Shown piece by piece: positions 1-10,532 of a DNA stretch of 64,000 nucleotides. Position 1 is the first letter of the stretch; each line of letters starts with the position of its first letter. A program made the position numbers and the translations under genes. A model generated the notes under the pieces. The model did not search any database, had not been told where the DNA came from, and was given only the letters and a program-made list of their open reading frames with translations. This DNA is from an uncultured Clostridia bacterium (GTDB lineage Bacteria; Bacillota; Clostridia; TANB77; CAG-508): contig CAKPDN010000001.1 in NCBI GenBank assembly GCA_934149005.1, positions 71,128 to 135,127 of the forward strand. Direction: 5' to 3'.

Positions 1-407
1 CCAAAAATTTAGAAAAAAATGTTTTATATAACATTTCTGATATTGTAAATAAAACCATAAAAACTACTGATTTAATATAAGATTTTTTATTATTTCCTGA
101 ATATTTAAATAAATTTTTTACTGCATCTATAAATCCAAAATTGTTATTCATTTTATTTCCTCTTTCTACTTCCAAAATAAATTTTAGTACTTACTCTCCC
201 TTTTTCTTAAATATATCATATAATATTTGATTTTCATTTTTTATTTTTTTCATTTGCTACTCCATTTCGTTTATGTAATTATATATCTCTTTCCAATTAT
301 AAAATGTTTTTATTTCGTTGTTACTATTTCTTTCATTACTAATCATAATTGCTTTTATATCTGTTAAAGTATCATCTATATCTATACCTATTCTCATTTA
401 TTTACTC

Positions 408-914
408 CTAATTTTTTAATTTATACTCTTTTATTAATTCCATCTTTTGATTATAGATCCATATATATTTAACTTTAGCTACAAATGGTTCAAAAACATT
501 ATGTGCTAAATCATATAAACTTTGATTTATATTTTCATTTGTGCATAAAGTTATATGAGGCTTATATATTCTTTCTTTTCTATTTTGCTTTCTATAATCA
601 TTCAATACATTATCAAAAATTGATTTTAACTCTAATAATCTATCTTTATTATAAGGCTCTATATATAATGTTTCTTTATAAAAATCATTTAAATTCTTAC
701 ATTCTAATTTAAAACATTTTATATTATTTACTATGATATCTACTTTTTCTATAAATTCATTTTGGTTAGTGCAATCATATAAATCTATTGTTATATGTGG
801 TCTCCATTTTCTTTCTTTATCTTTTATATTGTTATCTTTTAAATAATTTTTTATATTTTGTATATTTTTTTCTGATTCAATATCAAATCCGTATTGTAAA
901 ACATAATCGTACAT
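408..914 (-). CDS. 2H phosphoesterase superfamily protein (LigT/2'-5' RNA ligase-like)
   Basis: 168-aa ORF with two H-x-T-x motifs (HITI, HITL) spaced as in LigT-family cyclic phosphodiesterases. Confidence 0.55.
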   Translation of the reverse strand: MYDYVLQYGFDIESEKNIQNIKNYLKDNNIKDKERKWRPHITIDLYDCTNQNEFIEKVDIIVNNIKCFKLECKNLNDFYKETLYIEPYNKDRLLELKSIFDNVLNDYRKQNRKERIYKPHITLCTNENINQSLYDLAHNVFEPFVAKVKYIWIYNQKMELIKEYKLKN

Positions 915-1044
915 TTTATTTTGCTCCTAATTTTTTAATTTTTATATTTCAAATACATATCCATCTTCTACAACTAAGACATTATTTATCTCATCACTCT
1001 TCAATTTTTCTCTAGTTTTATCTCTCAAATGAGTGGCAATGATT

Positions 1045-1572
1045 TTATTTCATTTCCATATTAATTTTATTTTTTTCAATTATATACTGTGTAGATACTA
1101 GTTGATATATAACTGAAACTGCTAGTCCAATTGATGTGCAAAATGGAGATGATATAAAAGAACAAAAAATTCTAATTATATTGGCAATTTGTTTACTAAT
1201 AGTTGCTTTTACAGCAGAATGTTCAAGTTGTATATATGTTAATTTTGTTAAATAAATTGGATACATATATAAACTTACCAATTCTATACTTACTATGATT
1301 GATGTTGCCATTATATCTACCTTATAACTTGGATATAATATAATACCCATTATAATACTTGATATAATTAACAAATATACTAATTTTCTGCTATTTTTTA
1401 TATGTTCATTATATGAAAATTCTTTTTTTGTAATATCAATTTGTGCTACTGTTTTTATTGCATAAGCAATATCCCATTGAGTATCTGTTATTAAAGTTGC
1501 AAATGATGTTGCTAAAATATATTTTTCACCAAAATCAAAAGTATCAAAACCTATTCTTAATAATCTATTCAT
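1045..1572 (-). CDS. hypothetical polytopic membrane protein
   Basis: 175-aa ORF with 4-5 predicted hydrophobic helices. No recognisable catalytic motif. Confidence 0.35.
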   Translation of the reverse strand: MNRLLRIGFDTFDFGEKYILATSFATLITDTQWDIAYAIKTVAQIDITKKEFSYNEHIKNSRKLVYLLIISSIIMGIILYPSYKVDIMATSIIVSIELVSLYMYPIYLTKLTYIQLEHSAVKATISKQIANIIRIFCSFISSPFCTSIGLAVSVIYQLVSTQYIIEKNKINMEMK

Positions 1573-1677
1573 TTTATTTCTCCAATTTACTATAAATTAT
1601 TCTTTATTTCTGGAAATAAATCATATAAGTTATATCCTAATAAACTGTCAAAATATTCTTTTAGTTTATATGTTTCT

Positions 1678-2082
1678 TTAATAAGCATCTTTAACACCAA
1701 TTAAAAAATCATACTTATTACCTCTTTTTTTACATCTCTCAATTATTTCCTCTATCATATTTTCTTCTGGATAAATAACATAATAACTAATATTATTTTT
1801 TTCTAGTAAATCAATAATTTCTTTATGCATTGGTATTAACACTATATCATAAATTTCTAGCTCTTTTATTATTTGATTATAATAATTGTTTGGAAATTCT
1901 TTATTTAATTTTCTTGATTTTAATCCTTTTTTTCTTCAGGATTTATTTTTATTAATTCTTCATCTATTATGTATTTAAATGAACTAGATTCTAAATCAAT
2001 TATATTGTTGTATTTTTTTGACATTGTTGTTTTCCCTATTGCACCAAATCCGGCAATCAATAATCCACTCATACCATTCCAC
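1678..2082 (-). pseudogene. P-loop NTPase (small kinase-like ATPase), frameshifted in an A7 run
   Basis: Minus-strand translation gives MSGLLIAGFGAIGKTTMS (Walker A) ... EEKK, then continues in another frame (GLKSRKLNKEF...GVKDAY*). The break is at the homopolymer at 1926-1932. Confidence 0.5.
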
Positions 2083-2091
2083 CTCTAATTT

Positions 2092-2886
2092 TTAATTACA
2101 AAAATGTAATTTATCTATAATTTCTTGTCCTATATACTTATTTGCAACTTCTATAGCTTTTTCATAATTCATAATTTGATATTCAAAGTGAGCATCTACT
2201 CCATATATTACCTTTAAATTTTTATATTCTGAAGCTATTTTCCAAAATTCTTTGCAAGGATATACAATATTTTCTCTTTTTCCTATTATAAATTCATTAG
2301 GATGAGACAAATTAATTTCTATTGGTATCCCATATTTTTCTGCTGCAGAACAAATTATATGTGCAACTTTTTCATCTACTTCTGTATAATTATCTCTACT
2401 TAGCATATATACATCAGGATGTGCTATTACATCTGGTATGTTTTTTTCAATTGCTATTTTTATATATTTTGCATATTTTAAAGCGTCTTCATCAGTAAAC
2501 TTTTGTCTTCTCAAAAATTTTATATCATTATTTTCATCATATATAAAATGCTGTCCTAGAATTATCTTATCCGTTTCACTTTTTAATTCCAAAAGATTTT
2601 GTTCTTGTCCAGGAAGATATTCAACTTCAAAGCCTGTTTCAATTTTGATTGCATCTTTATATTTTTCTTTTAATAATTTTATACTATTTAAATATTCATC
2701 TTTCTCACTATATTTCATTCTCATATTTTTTCTATAATCTATTTCTTCTTTTTCAGGGCAATGGTCTGTAAATGCTATTTTTGTAAAACCCTTTTTTATA
2801 AATAGTTTTACAAAATCTTCATCTGTCATATTGTTATCAGCATGTCCGCATCTTTTAGTATGAGTATGATAATTAAACTTTTGCAT
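2092..2886 (-). CDS. PHP-family phosphoesterase (histidinol-phosphatase HisJ-like)
   Basis: N-terminal MQKFNYHTHTKRCGHA matches the PHP-domain metal-binding motif. The ORF is open up to 3045 but the internal Met fits the family. Confidence 0.6.
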   Translation of the reverse strand: MQKFNYHTHTKRCGHADNNMTDEDFVKLFIKKGFTKIAFTDHCPEKEEIDYRKNMRMKYSEKDEYLNSIKLLKEKYKDAIKIETGFEVEYLPGQEQNLLELKSETDKIILGQHFIYDENNDIKFLRRQKFTDEDALKYAKYIKIAIEKNIPDVIAHPDVYMLSRDNYTEVDEKVAHIICSAAEKYGIPIEINLSHPNEFIIGKRENIVYPCKEFWKIASEYKNLKVIYGVDAHFEYQIMNYEKAIEVANKYIGQEIIDKLHFCN

Positions 2887-3045
2887 ATTTAATCCTCTTT
2901 CTATAATTTTTTTCATATATAAATTTTTTTTACTTTCTTGTAAAACATCAAATAAATATATCCAAGCACAAATATAATTGTCTACTACCGCTTCTTTTTT
3001 TCCTAAATTCCATTCTTTACTTAATAGTTTCACAGCTTGTTTCAT

Positions 3046-3475
3046 TATACTTCATTTCTTGCTCCTAATTTATTAAATAAATCTTCATATATTTTATCTC
3101 TATTCAATTTTGTTACAAAAGTTACATTATGCTTGTTTTGAGTTATTTCATAAGAAGTATCTTCTTTTATATTTGGACAATTTATTTCTTTTGTTTCAAA
3201 CCAATTCTTATTTATCATATATGCTATAACTGAAATATCCCATATAACTCTTGATTCTTGTATGCCATGATATCCATCATCGTAAAATCTATCTATTAAA
3301 TAATTACATAATTCTGATTTATTACCTAAGCTTTCTTTTAAAGTATTAATATCGATTCTTAAATTAGATACTATATCCTTGCAAGGTAGTATAGTTAATT
3401 TAACTTGTGATTCTAATACAATTTTAACTGCCCCTACATCTTGTCTAAAATTATATTCTAAATTGTCTTTGTATC
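3046..3475 (-). pseudogene. nucleoside hydrolase (IU-NH family) C-terminal remnant
   Basis: Minus-strand translation YKDNLEYNFRQDVGAVKIVLES...RVIWDISVIAYMIN aligns to the C-terminal half of IU-nucleoside hydrolases. It is out of frame with the upstream N-terminal motif, and about 130 aa of the middle is absent. Confidence 0.5.
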
Positions 3476-4159
3476 CTACTTCATTTCCACATTAAATTTA
3501 TCTTGCGATTTTATTAAATAAGATAAAGCAAATTGGTCATCACATTCGTTATATGTATCAGTGTCTAATATCACATTTATTTTATTATTAGATATAATAT
3601 CATATATTTCTTTCCATGAACATACACGTTCAAATTCATTAGTATCTCTATTATACGGTGTATCCATAATAAATGCTCTAATACCATATTTTTTTATATC
3701 TGTACACATTCTTTTTGAATCATCTATCATAATATCTATATTATTTTCTAGACATATTTCTGTTTTAGAATGAGAATTATATGCATCTACTAAAAATAAC
3801 TTATCATAAACAATATCATATTTTTCTAGCCAATTTTTTGTCATATTATATGGATCTGTATATTCTCCAGTATCTCTCCCACTAATTATATAAATAGTAT
3901 GTCCATCTTGTTTTAACTTTTTTATGTATTTGCTTGCACCTTCGATTGCTTTTAAATTAATAGCTATTCTTTCTATATTTTCTTTATAAAAAGTTTTTTC
4001 TTCTTCGTCTGTCCAATCAAACATTCCATTTCTTATATATTCTGCATTTTTATTTATAATTCCTGTGTTTCTTAATTCTTTATCATGTTCTATATATGCT
4101 TTTAGCAGTTCTTCATTAAAATTTGATATTACATTATCTATATCGATTCCTATTCTCAT
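3476..4159 (-). CDS. HAD-family 5'(3')-deoxyribonucleotidase-like protein, fused at its C-terminus to the N-terminal motif of a nucleoside hydrolase
   Basis: MRIGIDIDNVI (HAD motif I DxDxV) plus a nucleotidase-like fold. The last ~30 aa, INVILDTDTYNECDDQFALSYLI, is the DxDxxxDD N-terminal motif of IU-NH. Confidence 0.5.
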   Translation of the reverse strand: MRIGIDIDNVISNFNEELLKAYIEHDKELRNTGIINKNAEYIRNGMFDWTDEEEKTFYKENIERIAINLKAIEGASKYIKKLKQDGHTIYIISGRDTGEYTDPYNMTKNWLEKYDIVYDKLFLVDAYNSHSKTEICLENNIDIMIDDSKRMCTDIKKYGIRAFIMDTPYNRDTNEFERVCSWKEIYDIISNNKINVILDTDTYNECDDQFALSYLIKSQDKFNVEMK

Positions 4160-4172
4160 TTTATTTTGCTCC

Positions 4173-4685
4173 TTATTTCATCTGTTCATTTTTATATATT
4201 TTCTTTATATCATTTTTATATACAGCTATTATTCCAGTAATTAATAATATTAAATCTCCTAATACCATAAACCAACTATGATAATAAATATAATATGAAC
4301 CATATAATATCCCTGTTGTTATTCCAGATATTCTGACTAATTTCATATTGGATTGCCATAAACAATATGCTCTAATCATCGAGCCTATTGTTGGTAATAA
4401 TGAAATTATTCCATTCCAAGTAAATATACAATTAATTGCTATTAGTGATTCAAATAGTATTAATATCAAAATATATATTTTTTTACTAAATTTATCTTTG
4501 TTTATAAACAAGCATGTCCTTATAAAATTTATTATACTTAATACTGCACCTGTAAATGCAGATATAATAAAATCATAGATTGCTTCACATATACAATTTA
4601 AAGATTGTACTACTAAAGATTTTTTTCTATCTTTTATACAGATGCTTACAATTACTGCTATAAATGCTAATACACTAAATATCAT
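4173..4685 (-). CDS. small inner-membrane protein, YgjV/PnuC-like
   Basis: 170 aa with 5-6 TM helices and W/Y-rich C-terminal helices resembling the YgjV (PnuC-related) family. The assignment is weak. Confidence 0.35.
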   Translation of the reverse strand: MIFSVLAFIAVIVSICIKDRKKSLVVQSLNCICEAIYDFIISAFTGAVLSIINFIRTCLFINKDKFSKKIYILILILFESLIAINCIFTWNGIISLLPTIGSMIRAYCLWQSNMKLVRISGITTGILYGSYYIYYHSWFMVLGDLILLITGIIAVYKNDIKKIYKNEQMK

Positions 4686-4687
4686 TT

Positions 4688-4870
4688 TTATTTCTCCATT
4701 ATTTCGTATTCTCTAATTTCGCAATTTTTTAAATTTTCTGGTGGTAAATCTCCATTTATGTCATAGGCAATTAATTGTGGAGTTTCATAACTATGATTAT
4801 CTAATATAACTTCTTCTTTATTATCAAATGTTGTAGTTATCATTATATATTTATCCATCATATCCTCCAT
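4688..4870 (-). CDS. CutA-like divalent-cation tolerance protein, internally truncated (60 aa)
   Basis: YIMITTTFDNKEE and NHSYETPQLIAYDI resemble the CutA N-terminus and C-terminal HPYEVPEIIALPI motif. The central ~45 aa of the fold are absent. Confidence 0.3.
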   Translation of the reverse strand: MEDMMDKYIMITTTFDNKEEVILDNHSYETPQLIAYDINGDLPPENLKNCEIREYEIMEK

Positions 4871-4899
4871 AATATTATTTTTATATTTAAAACCTATTT

Positions 4900-5550
4900 T
4901 TATTTAGTTAATAACGAATTTTCTTGTATTGGAATTATTCTAGTTTTTATAGTATTTATAAAAGCACATTTATGTTCTATTTCAAATTTTTCTGTATCTG
5001 TTGTTAATTCATATTTTATAAAAATATTTGGAATAAACTCATATTTATCACTTTCATAATTTCCATATTGTATATTGCTTTCTGTATAGCTACCTTTTAG
5101 CATATTATATAAAAGATTCCATCTATCACAAGAACCTACATCAATTTCTTTATTAAAATTAGCATTATTAAAAATTGATGTTTCATTCAGATCTATTATA
5201 GATGATTTGATTTGTAAATTATCATATAAAACTTGTAGTGTTTCATTTTCAAAGTATTGATTTAGTGCTATTTTTATACATTTATCAATATCTGTATTTT
5301 TATTTATAACCATTAATCTAACAGGATTTTTATCTTTATAAAAAACAATAGCATTATGCTTATTACTTATATTAATCTTTGGGTTGCTAACAGTTATTAT
5401 GCAATTACAGTTTTCTATTATTTTATATTCGTCAAATGCAATTTTATTATTTTCAAATCCATCGACAAAAGCTCCATTAAAACATTCGTAATGATTTTCA
5501 TATTGTTCTGTCCATAAATCAATACTCTTAATTGTTTTCATATATATCAC
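4900..5550 (-). CDS. hypothetical protein
   Basis: 216-aa ORF with coding-like composition and no recognisable motif. Confidence 0.35.
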   Translation of the reverse strand: MIYMKTIKSIDLWTEQYENHYECFNGAFVDGFENNKIAFDEYKIIENCNCIITVSNPKINISNKHNAIVFYKDKNPVRLMVINKNTDIDKCIKIALNQYFENETLQVLYDNLQIKSSIIDLNETSIFNNANFNKEIDVGSCDRWNLLYNMLKGSYTESNIQYGNYESDKYEFIPNIFIKYELTTDTEKFEIEHKCAFINTIKTRIIPIQENSLLTK

Positions 5551-6221
5551 TCCTATCTTTCTATTTCATCTTTCAAATCTTAAACTTTTAAATATTATTA
5601 AAAAAATTATTTTGCACTGTTGAAATTTTACCATATTATATATAAAAAATAAATAGTATGTAACATATTTTAAATACAAGAAATCTCCTCATACATTATG
5701 TATAATAATGATAAGAAGATTCTAATTCTAATATATGGAAATTTTCTTTTATAAATCGATTGTTCTATCAGTCTCAAATTTAAGATGACATTTTTCTTTT
5801 CAATAAGCTTTATTTCAGAATTCTACTTAATTTTTAAAAACTCAATAATCAAATCCAAATATTCTTTATATTATCTAATATTGGTATTCTTTTATTTTCT
5901 TTTTTTATATATGTATCTCCTATATCATATACTGCTACTCTTTTATAACTAATACCTTCTATTATCTCAACTGTTCCACTTTCGCTACGTTCCTTTTCTT
6001 CTTTCCTTTCTATTATTGTATTTAAAACAAGAATCTAACTCAAAAATCCTCCTTTCTTATAAAAATAAAAAGGCAAAAATATAAAGAAATCTCGGGGCGA
6101 AAATTTCTCTAACATTTTACCTTTTACAAAATATTAAGCACTAAAAATAAAGCCTTGTATTCAGCATGTGCTTTCAAACTACACTTGGGTACACCCCCAA
6201 TATTAATGGTGTGTATAATAA

Positions 6222-6674
6222 TTGAGTTCGGTTATAAAAATTAGTAATATTGATTATTTAAAATCAAATAAATTAGTATTAATAGATGATGAAATGAATA
6301 GGGTTTGTCTAGGGATAAAAACTAATAAGCACTATTCTAAAGTTGATTTTAAATTTAAAGTATTAAATTATAAAAATATATTTTTTGGCGTTATATTATT
6401 AAAATTAGATAATAACTTTTTGCATTGTTATATTAATTTGAATAATTTAGAACATAAAGAATTATTGAAAAAATTATTGATTCCAGATTATCTTAATCTA
6501 GTCTTATTTAATAATTCTGATTATAATAAAGTTTATAAAATTACTAATGATTTAAGTTGTAATTTTTTGCTTAATGTTCCTAGAATTTTAGATAATAAAT
6601 TAGATTTTAATATTAATGATGTTATATGTAAATTAGATAAATTGTATTCTCCAGAACTGTTATGGAATAATTAA
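6222..6674 (+). CDS. hypothetical protein (TTG start, no obvious RBS)
   Basis: 150-aa ORF. A TATAAT lies immediately upstream (6213-6218), so it may be leaderless. Confidence 0.25.
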   Translation: MSSVIKISNIDYLKSNKLVLIDDEMNRVCLGIKTNKHYSKVDFKFKVLNYKNIFFGVILLKLDNNFLHCYINLNNLEHKELLKKLLIPDYLNLVLFNNSDYNKVYKITNDLSCNFLLNVPRILDNKLDFNINDVICKLDKLYSPELLWNN

Positions 6675-6760
6675 AAGTAGAAGTCATCACTTCTACTTTT
6701 AATATATACTAACGACAATATATTATTGAAAATTATTAATTATAATATTTTACTTTCAAT

Positions 6761-8167
6761 CTATTTTTCAGCATTTATATCATATGTAATAAGTATATCT
6801 TTTCTTCTATAAACCGCAAAAATTAAAGCTAAGCACATCATATTAACAATCAATTCTCCAGAACCATAAGTAACAAAAGGAAGATTAAAACTAGCATCAA
6901 AAATCAAATTAAAATTCATCAAAATATTAAATGCACTTTGCAAAATAAACACACAACCAATTCCTAAAATTATTAAACTACCATACTTTTCTTTAATTTT
7001 AAATGAATTAATTACCAGCTTTATAGAAAAAGCAAAAACAACAATAATCAAAGCAACAGTCGGTATCCAACCAAAATGAGCTAATATTGATATGATTTCA
7101 TTACTTCCAGATTCATCAAATAAGTATATAGCATCACTCATATTTCCTGCTTCACCAAATTTTTGTGCAGACTCAATTATTTCTTTTCTGTTTAATGCTC
7201 TCCACCCTTCTGTTTCTTTATATTCTTCTGGTTTATATACTGAAATAAATTTATCCAAAATATATGGATTCTCTAAAAATTCAAATAAAACAAACAATGT
7301 TCCAACTATTATAGGTATTCCCCACAAAATTAATAGATGTTTTTTCTTGTTTTTACTTTCACTTACTATCTTTTTTGTAGCCAAAATTAAATATGTAATT
7401 GCTAACACTATTACTGATGATAATGAAGGAATTAAGCTTAACATTAGTAATGATATCAAACTTAAAACAACTAATTTTAAAATATTTTCATTTATTTTTA
7501 TGTTTTTCTGTTTAAATAGTTTGGTTAATTTATTTTCTTCATTTATATTTTCTAGAAATCCAATAAAAGCAAGAATATATAATGGTACAGCTATTGTATT
7601 TGACCTTATGCTATAATTTCCTATTCTTAAAAAATTTATACCATTAACTGATATTCCAAATAAAAAAGCTAATATTATTACTACAGTTGCAATTATATAT
7701 AAAATTAATGATTTATTTTTAATTTTTTTGTAATCACAAAAATATATTATTACACTTATTCCAAAACCAATAGCTACAAAACATACATATTTTATCATAT
7801 AGTTTGTTGTAATATATTCGCTTACTCCTTCTTTCATATACTGCATCATTTCTGTATGTTCATTTTTTGTAATTATGTACGAAATTACAAAGCCAAAAAT
7901 CAATAAAACTACTAATATTATTAACAATTTCCAATCTAATCTGGGCCTATGTATCTTATTTAGTTCCTTGCCAATAATTTCGGCATTTCCCATTTGCTCA
8001 ACTGCATTTTTTTCTGCTTCCTCATCATTTTGTCCCATTTCAATTAGTTCTTCTTTTTTGTCTTCTATATGATTTTTTAGTTCTTCTGATATGCTATTTC
8101 TTATTGGTTTATATTTTATTTGTTCACATACAGTATTTAAAAATTTTTTAGTTTGCAAATGAAACAC
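6761..8167 (-). CDS. divergent SEDS-like (FtsW/RodA/SpoVE-like) membrane protein with N-terminal DUF1700-like cytoplasmic domain
   Basis: C-terminal NLPFVTYGSGELIVNMMCLALIF resembles the SEDS LPFISYGGSS motif. YLFDESGSNEIISILAHFGW resembles the YLPEAHTDFIF region. The N-terminal 80 aa resemble the DUF1700 domain typical of PadR-linked membrane proteins. It overlaps the PadR gene by 20 bp. Confidence 0.45.
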   Translation of the reverse strand: MFHLQTKKFLNTVCEQIKYKPIRNSISEELKNHIEDKKEELIEMGQNDEEAEKNAVEQMGNAEIIGKELNKIHRPRLDWKLLIILVVLLIFGFVISYIITKNEHTEMMQYMKEGVSEYITTNYMIKYVCFVAIGFGISVIIYFCDYKKIKNKSLILYIIATVVIILAFLFGISVNGINFLRIGNYSIRSNTIAVPLYILAFIGFLENINEENKLTKLFKQKNIKINENILKLVVLSLISLLMLSLIPSLSSVIVLAITYLILATKKIVSESKNKKKHLLILWGIPIIVGTLFVLFEFLENPYILDKFISVYKPEEYKETEGWRALNRKEIIESAQKFGEAGNMSDAIYLFDESGSNEIISILAHFGWIPTVALIIVVFAFSIKLVINSFKIKEKYGSLIILGIGCVFILQSAFNILMNFNLIFDASFNLPFVTYGSGELIVNMMCLALIFAVYRRKDILITYDINAEK

Positions 8168-8486
8168 CTCCTAATACTTGATTTATTCCATTACTAAAAA
8201 TTTTCCATTCTTCTTTTTTTTCTTTTAATTGTTTTTTTCCTTTTTCAGTTATAGTATAATATTTCCTTTTCTTTGCTGTTGTTTCGTCCCAATATGATGT
8301 TATAAATCCTTTTTCTTCTAGTCCATGTAATATTGGATATAGTGTTCCTTCCTTAAGTTCAAATACATTCTCTGATTTTTCTTTTAATTTTTTAATCATT
8401 TCATATCCATACATGTTTTGATTTTTTAATAAATCTAATACTAGCATTGTTGTGCTTCCTTTTAGTAATTCTTTACTAATTTTCAC
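8148..8486 (-). CDS. PadR family transcriptional regulator
   Basis: MLVLDLLKNQNMYGYEMIKKL...GTLYPILHGLEEKGF is the classic PadR winged helix. Confidence 0.8.
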   Translation of the reverse strand: MKISKELLKGSTTMLVLDLLKNQNMYGYEMIKKLKEKSENVFELKEGTLYPILHGLEEKGFITSYWDETTAKKRKYYTITEKGKKQLKEKKEEWKIFSNGINQVLGGVSFAN

Positions 8487-8601
8487 TTTTATCCCCTCCT
8501 TTAAAATAAATATACCTAGATATTCTATGTATTTTTATACATTGTATATCTAGGCATTATTTTTGTCAATAGATTTTTAATTATTATCTAATATTTTAAA
8601 A

Positions 8602-9786
8602 TTAATTTTTTTCTTCCCAATAAGATTCATCTGCTCCACCTACAACTTCGCCGGTTGTAACATCAACAAAAATTGATTTTGAGTTATATTTCTTATCATT
8701 ATCAGGATCTGGTTCACCTTGTTTATAATGAATATTCACTGTCCATACCTTTCTTGCTTTATTTTCAACTGTTCTATATTGAGGATAAGTTACGGTAGTT
8801 CCATCTTCAAGTTTTTCTTGTTTAAAGTCAGGATATTTTCCTCCATTTTGCTCTAATAAATAAATCCATGAATTTACTTGTCTAATTTCTAGGTTAATAA
8901 TCGTAAAATCAACTTCATTATTAGTTATTTTTTTATCTTCTTCTAAAGCAATTTTTTTTGCATCTTCTTTTGAAATTACAATTTCATTATTACTAAATTC
9001 GACATTTTCATTTTTTATGTATACACTATATAATAAAATCTTACCATTTTTTATTCCAAAATACATTTCTAGTCTTTCAAAGTAATTGAATGCACCATCA
9101 TATGTTTTTGCATATGTTATAAGCCAAGTATTAGGATTTTCTCCGTCATATTTTGCATCTGGTCCACCTTCAATTTGTTTTAATTTATATTCATTTTCCT
9201 TTAATCCAAATAATTTATATATTTCTTCACTTTTTTCTATTGCTTCTTCTTGTGATATTGGATCAGATATAATTTCTTTAGTCCATAAATCTTCATCACA
9301 TATTCCAACACATTTTCCATTTTCTGCATTTATATCTACCTGAATTCCTTTGTTAAGATTTTTATCTGTTGCAAAAAAATAAGACAATTTTGCACCCATT
9401 ATATAATTTTTCTTCAATTCTTTAACTACAAATTCTTGATTTTCATATCCAAATTTATTTAAAATACTATTTGCATTTACAGCAGCCTGTTCCATATCTA
9501 CTGCTTTTTCTTCATCTTCTTGTCTTACTTCTTGTGAGCCTTGAATTTCTGCACGTTCTTCTAATATCTCATTATATGATTCATACTTTTTAGGTTCTTT
9601 AAAAACTTTTTCTATTACTTTACTGCTAGCAAAAGCAACTCCAGTCAATGACATTAGTACGCATGCTGCTATCCCTATATTTTTAAATACAAATTTTTCT
9701 TTTTTATTCATAACTTTTTTCTCCTCATTTTTTATTTGAGATATAGCTATTTTCATTTTTAATTTTTCTTTTATTTCGTCATTCAT
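8602..9786 (-). CDS. membrane anti-sigma factor with extracytoplasmic domain
   Basis: Lies immediately downstream of an ECF sigma gene (3-bp gap). Short cytoplasmic N-terminus, one TM helix (IGIAACVLMSLTGVAFA), and a 330-aa extracellular domain. Confidence 0.5.
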   Translation of the reverse strand: MNDEIKEKLKMKIAISQIKNEEKKVMNKKEKFVFKNIGIAACVLMSLTGVAFASSKVIEKVFKEPKKYESYNEILEERAEIQGSQEVRQEDEEKAVDMEQAAVNANSILNKFGYENQEFVVKELKKNYIMGAKLSYFFATDKNLNKGIQVDINAENGKCVGICDEDLWTKEIISDPISQEEAIEKSEEIYKLFGLKENEYKLKQIEGGPDAKYDGENPNTWLITYAKTYDGAFNYFERLEMYFGIKNGKILLYSVYIKNENVEFSNNEIVISKEDAKKIALEEDKKITNNEVDFTIINLEIRQVNSWIYLLEQNGGKYPDFKQEKLEDGTTVTYPQYRTVENKARKVWTVNIHYKQGEPDPDNDKKYNSKSIFVDVTTGEVVGGADESYWEEKN

Positions 9787-9788
9787 AT

Positions 9789-10328
9789 TTAAAAACCTCC
9801 TTTTCTTAATTCTTGTTTGATTTTCTTTCGTATTCTATGTAATCTTGTTTTTACATTTACTTCTGTTATTTTTAATTCTTTAGCTATATCTTTTATTAAT
9901 TTGTTTGAATAATAAAACATTTTTATAATCTTAATATCCATTTCTTTTAGATTATTTATTTTATTGTATATTTCACTTATTTCTTCTCTTTCTTGTGAAT
10001 AAGTTTCTTCATAACTATATTCAATTAAATTTACACATTGTTCTATATCTATGTTATATTTTAACGTTTTTAGTTTTTCTTTTACTAAATTTCTAGCAAT
10101 TCCTGCCATATATGAATCCAAAGAATTAATTTTAAAATTCTCGCTATGTCTTTTCCATAATACAAAAAATGTATCTAGTATTATTTCTTCTTTATCTTCT
10201 TCAGTTAAATTATTTCCAACCATGTTTTGTATTATTTTTCTTATATATGGTGTATAGTCATCTACAATTTTGTCTAAATCAATTCTTTTATTTATAATAT
10301 AATTTTTTAGTTCTTTTTTCTCTTTCAC
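9789..10328 (-). CDS. ECF-type RNA polymerase sigma factor (sigma-70 regions 2 and 4)
   Basis: Region-4 HTH (IAKELKITEVNVKTRLHRIRKKI) and region-2-like N-terminus. 179 aa. Confidence 0.75.
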   Translation of the reverse strand: MKEKKELKNYIINKRIDLDKIVDDYTPYIRKIIQNMVGNNLTEEDKEEIILDTFFVLWKRHSENFKINSLDSYMAGIARNLVKEKLKTLKYNIDIEQCVNLIEYSYEETYSQEREEISEIYNKINNLKEMDIKIIKMFYYSNKLIKDIAKELKITEVNVKTRLHRIRKKIKQELRKGGF

Positions 10329-10532
10329 ATTATTGCTCCTTTATAAGATATCTTACATCTTTATAGTGGTAAAAAATATAAAAAGGTTACACTTTTATTT
10401 TTATTTTATCATATTTTTACAAAAGAAATAAAACTAGGCTTTTACTTTTTTTAAGTAATTACCTAGTTTTATAAAATTGCATCTCAATTATAACTTGTAA
10501 GTTATCGTTCAGATAAACATTCTTGTTATGTA

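Noticed and set aside
1045-1572. AgrB-like quorum-sensing peptide-processing membrane protein
   Set aside because: The conserved AgrB His/Cys catalytic pair and an adjacent agrD-like peptide gene were not found.
5900-6050. Short minus-strand coding-like fragment (...VAVYDIGDTYIKKENKRIPILDNIKNIWI*) without a start codon
   Set aside because: There is no start or RBS and the fragment is only ~55 codons. It is possibly a gene remnant but too weak to call.
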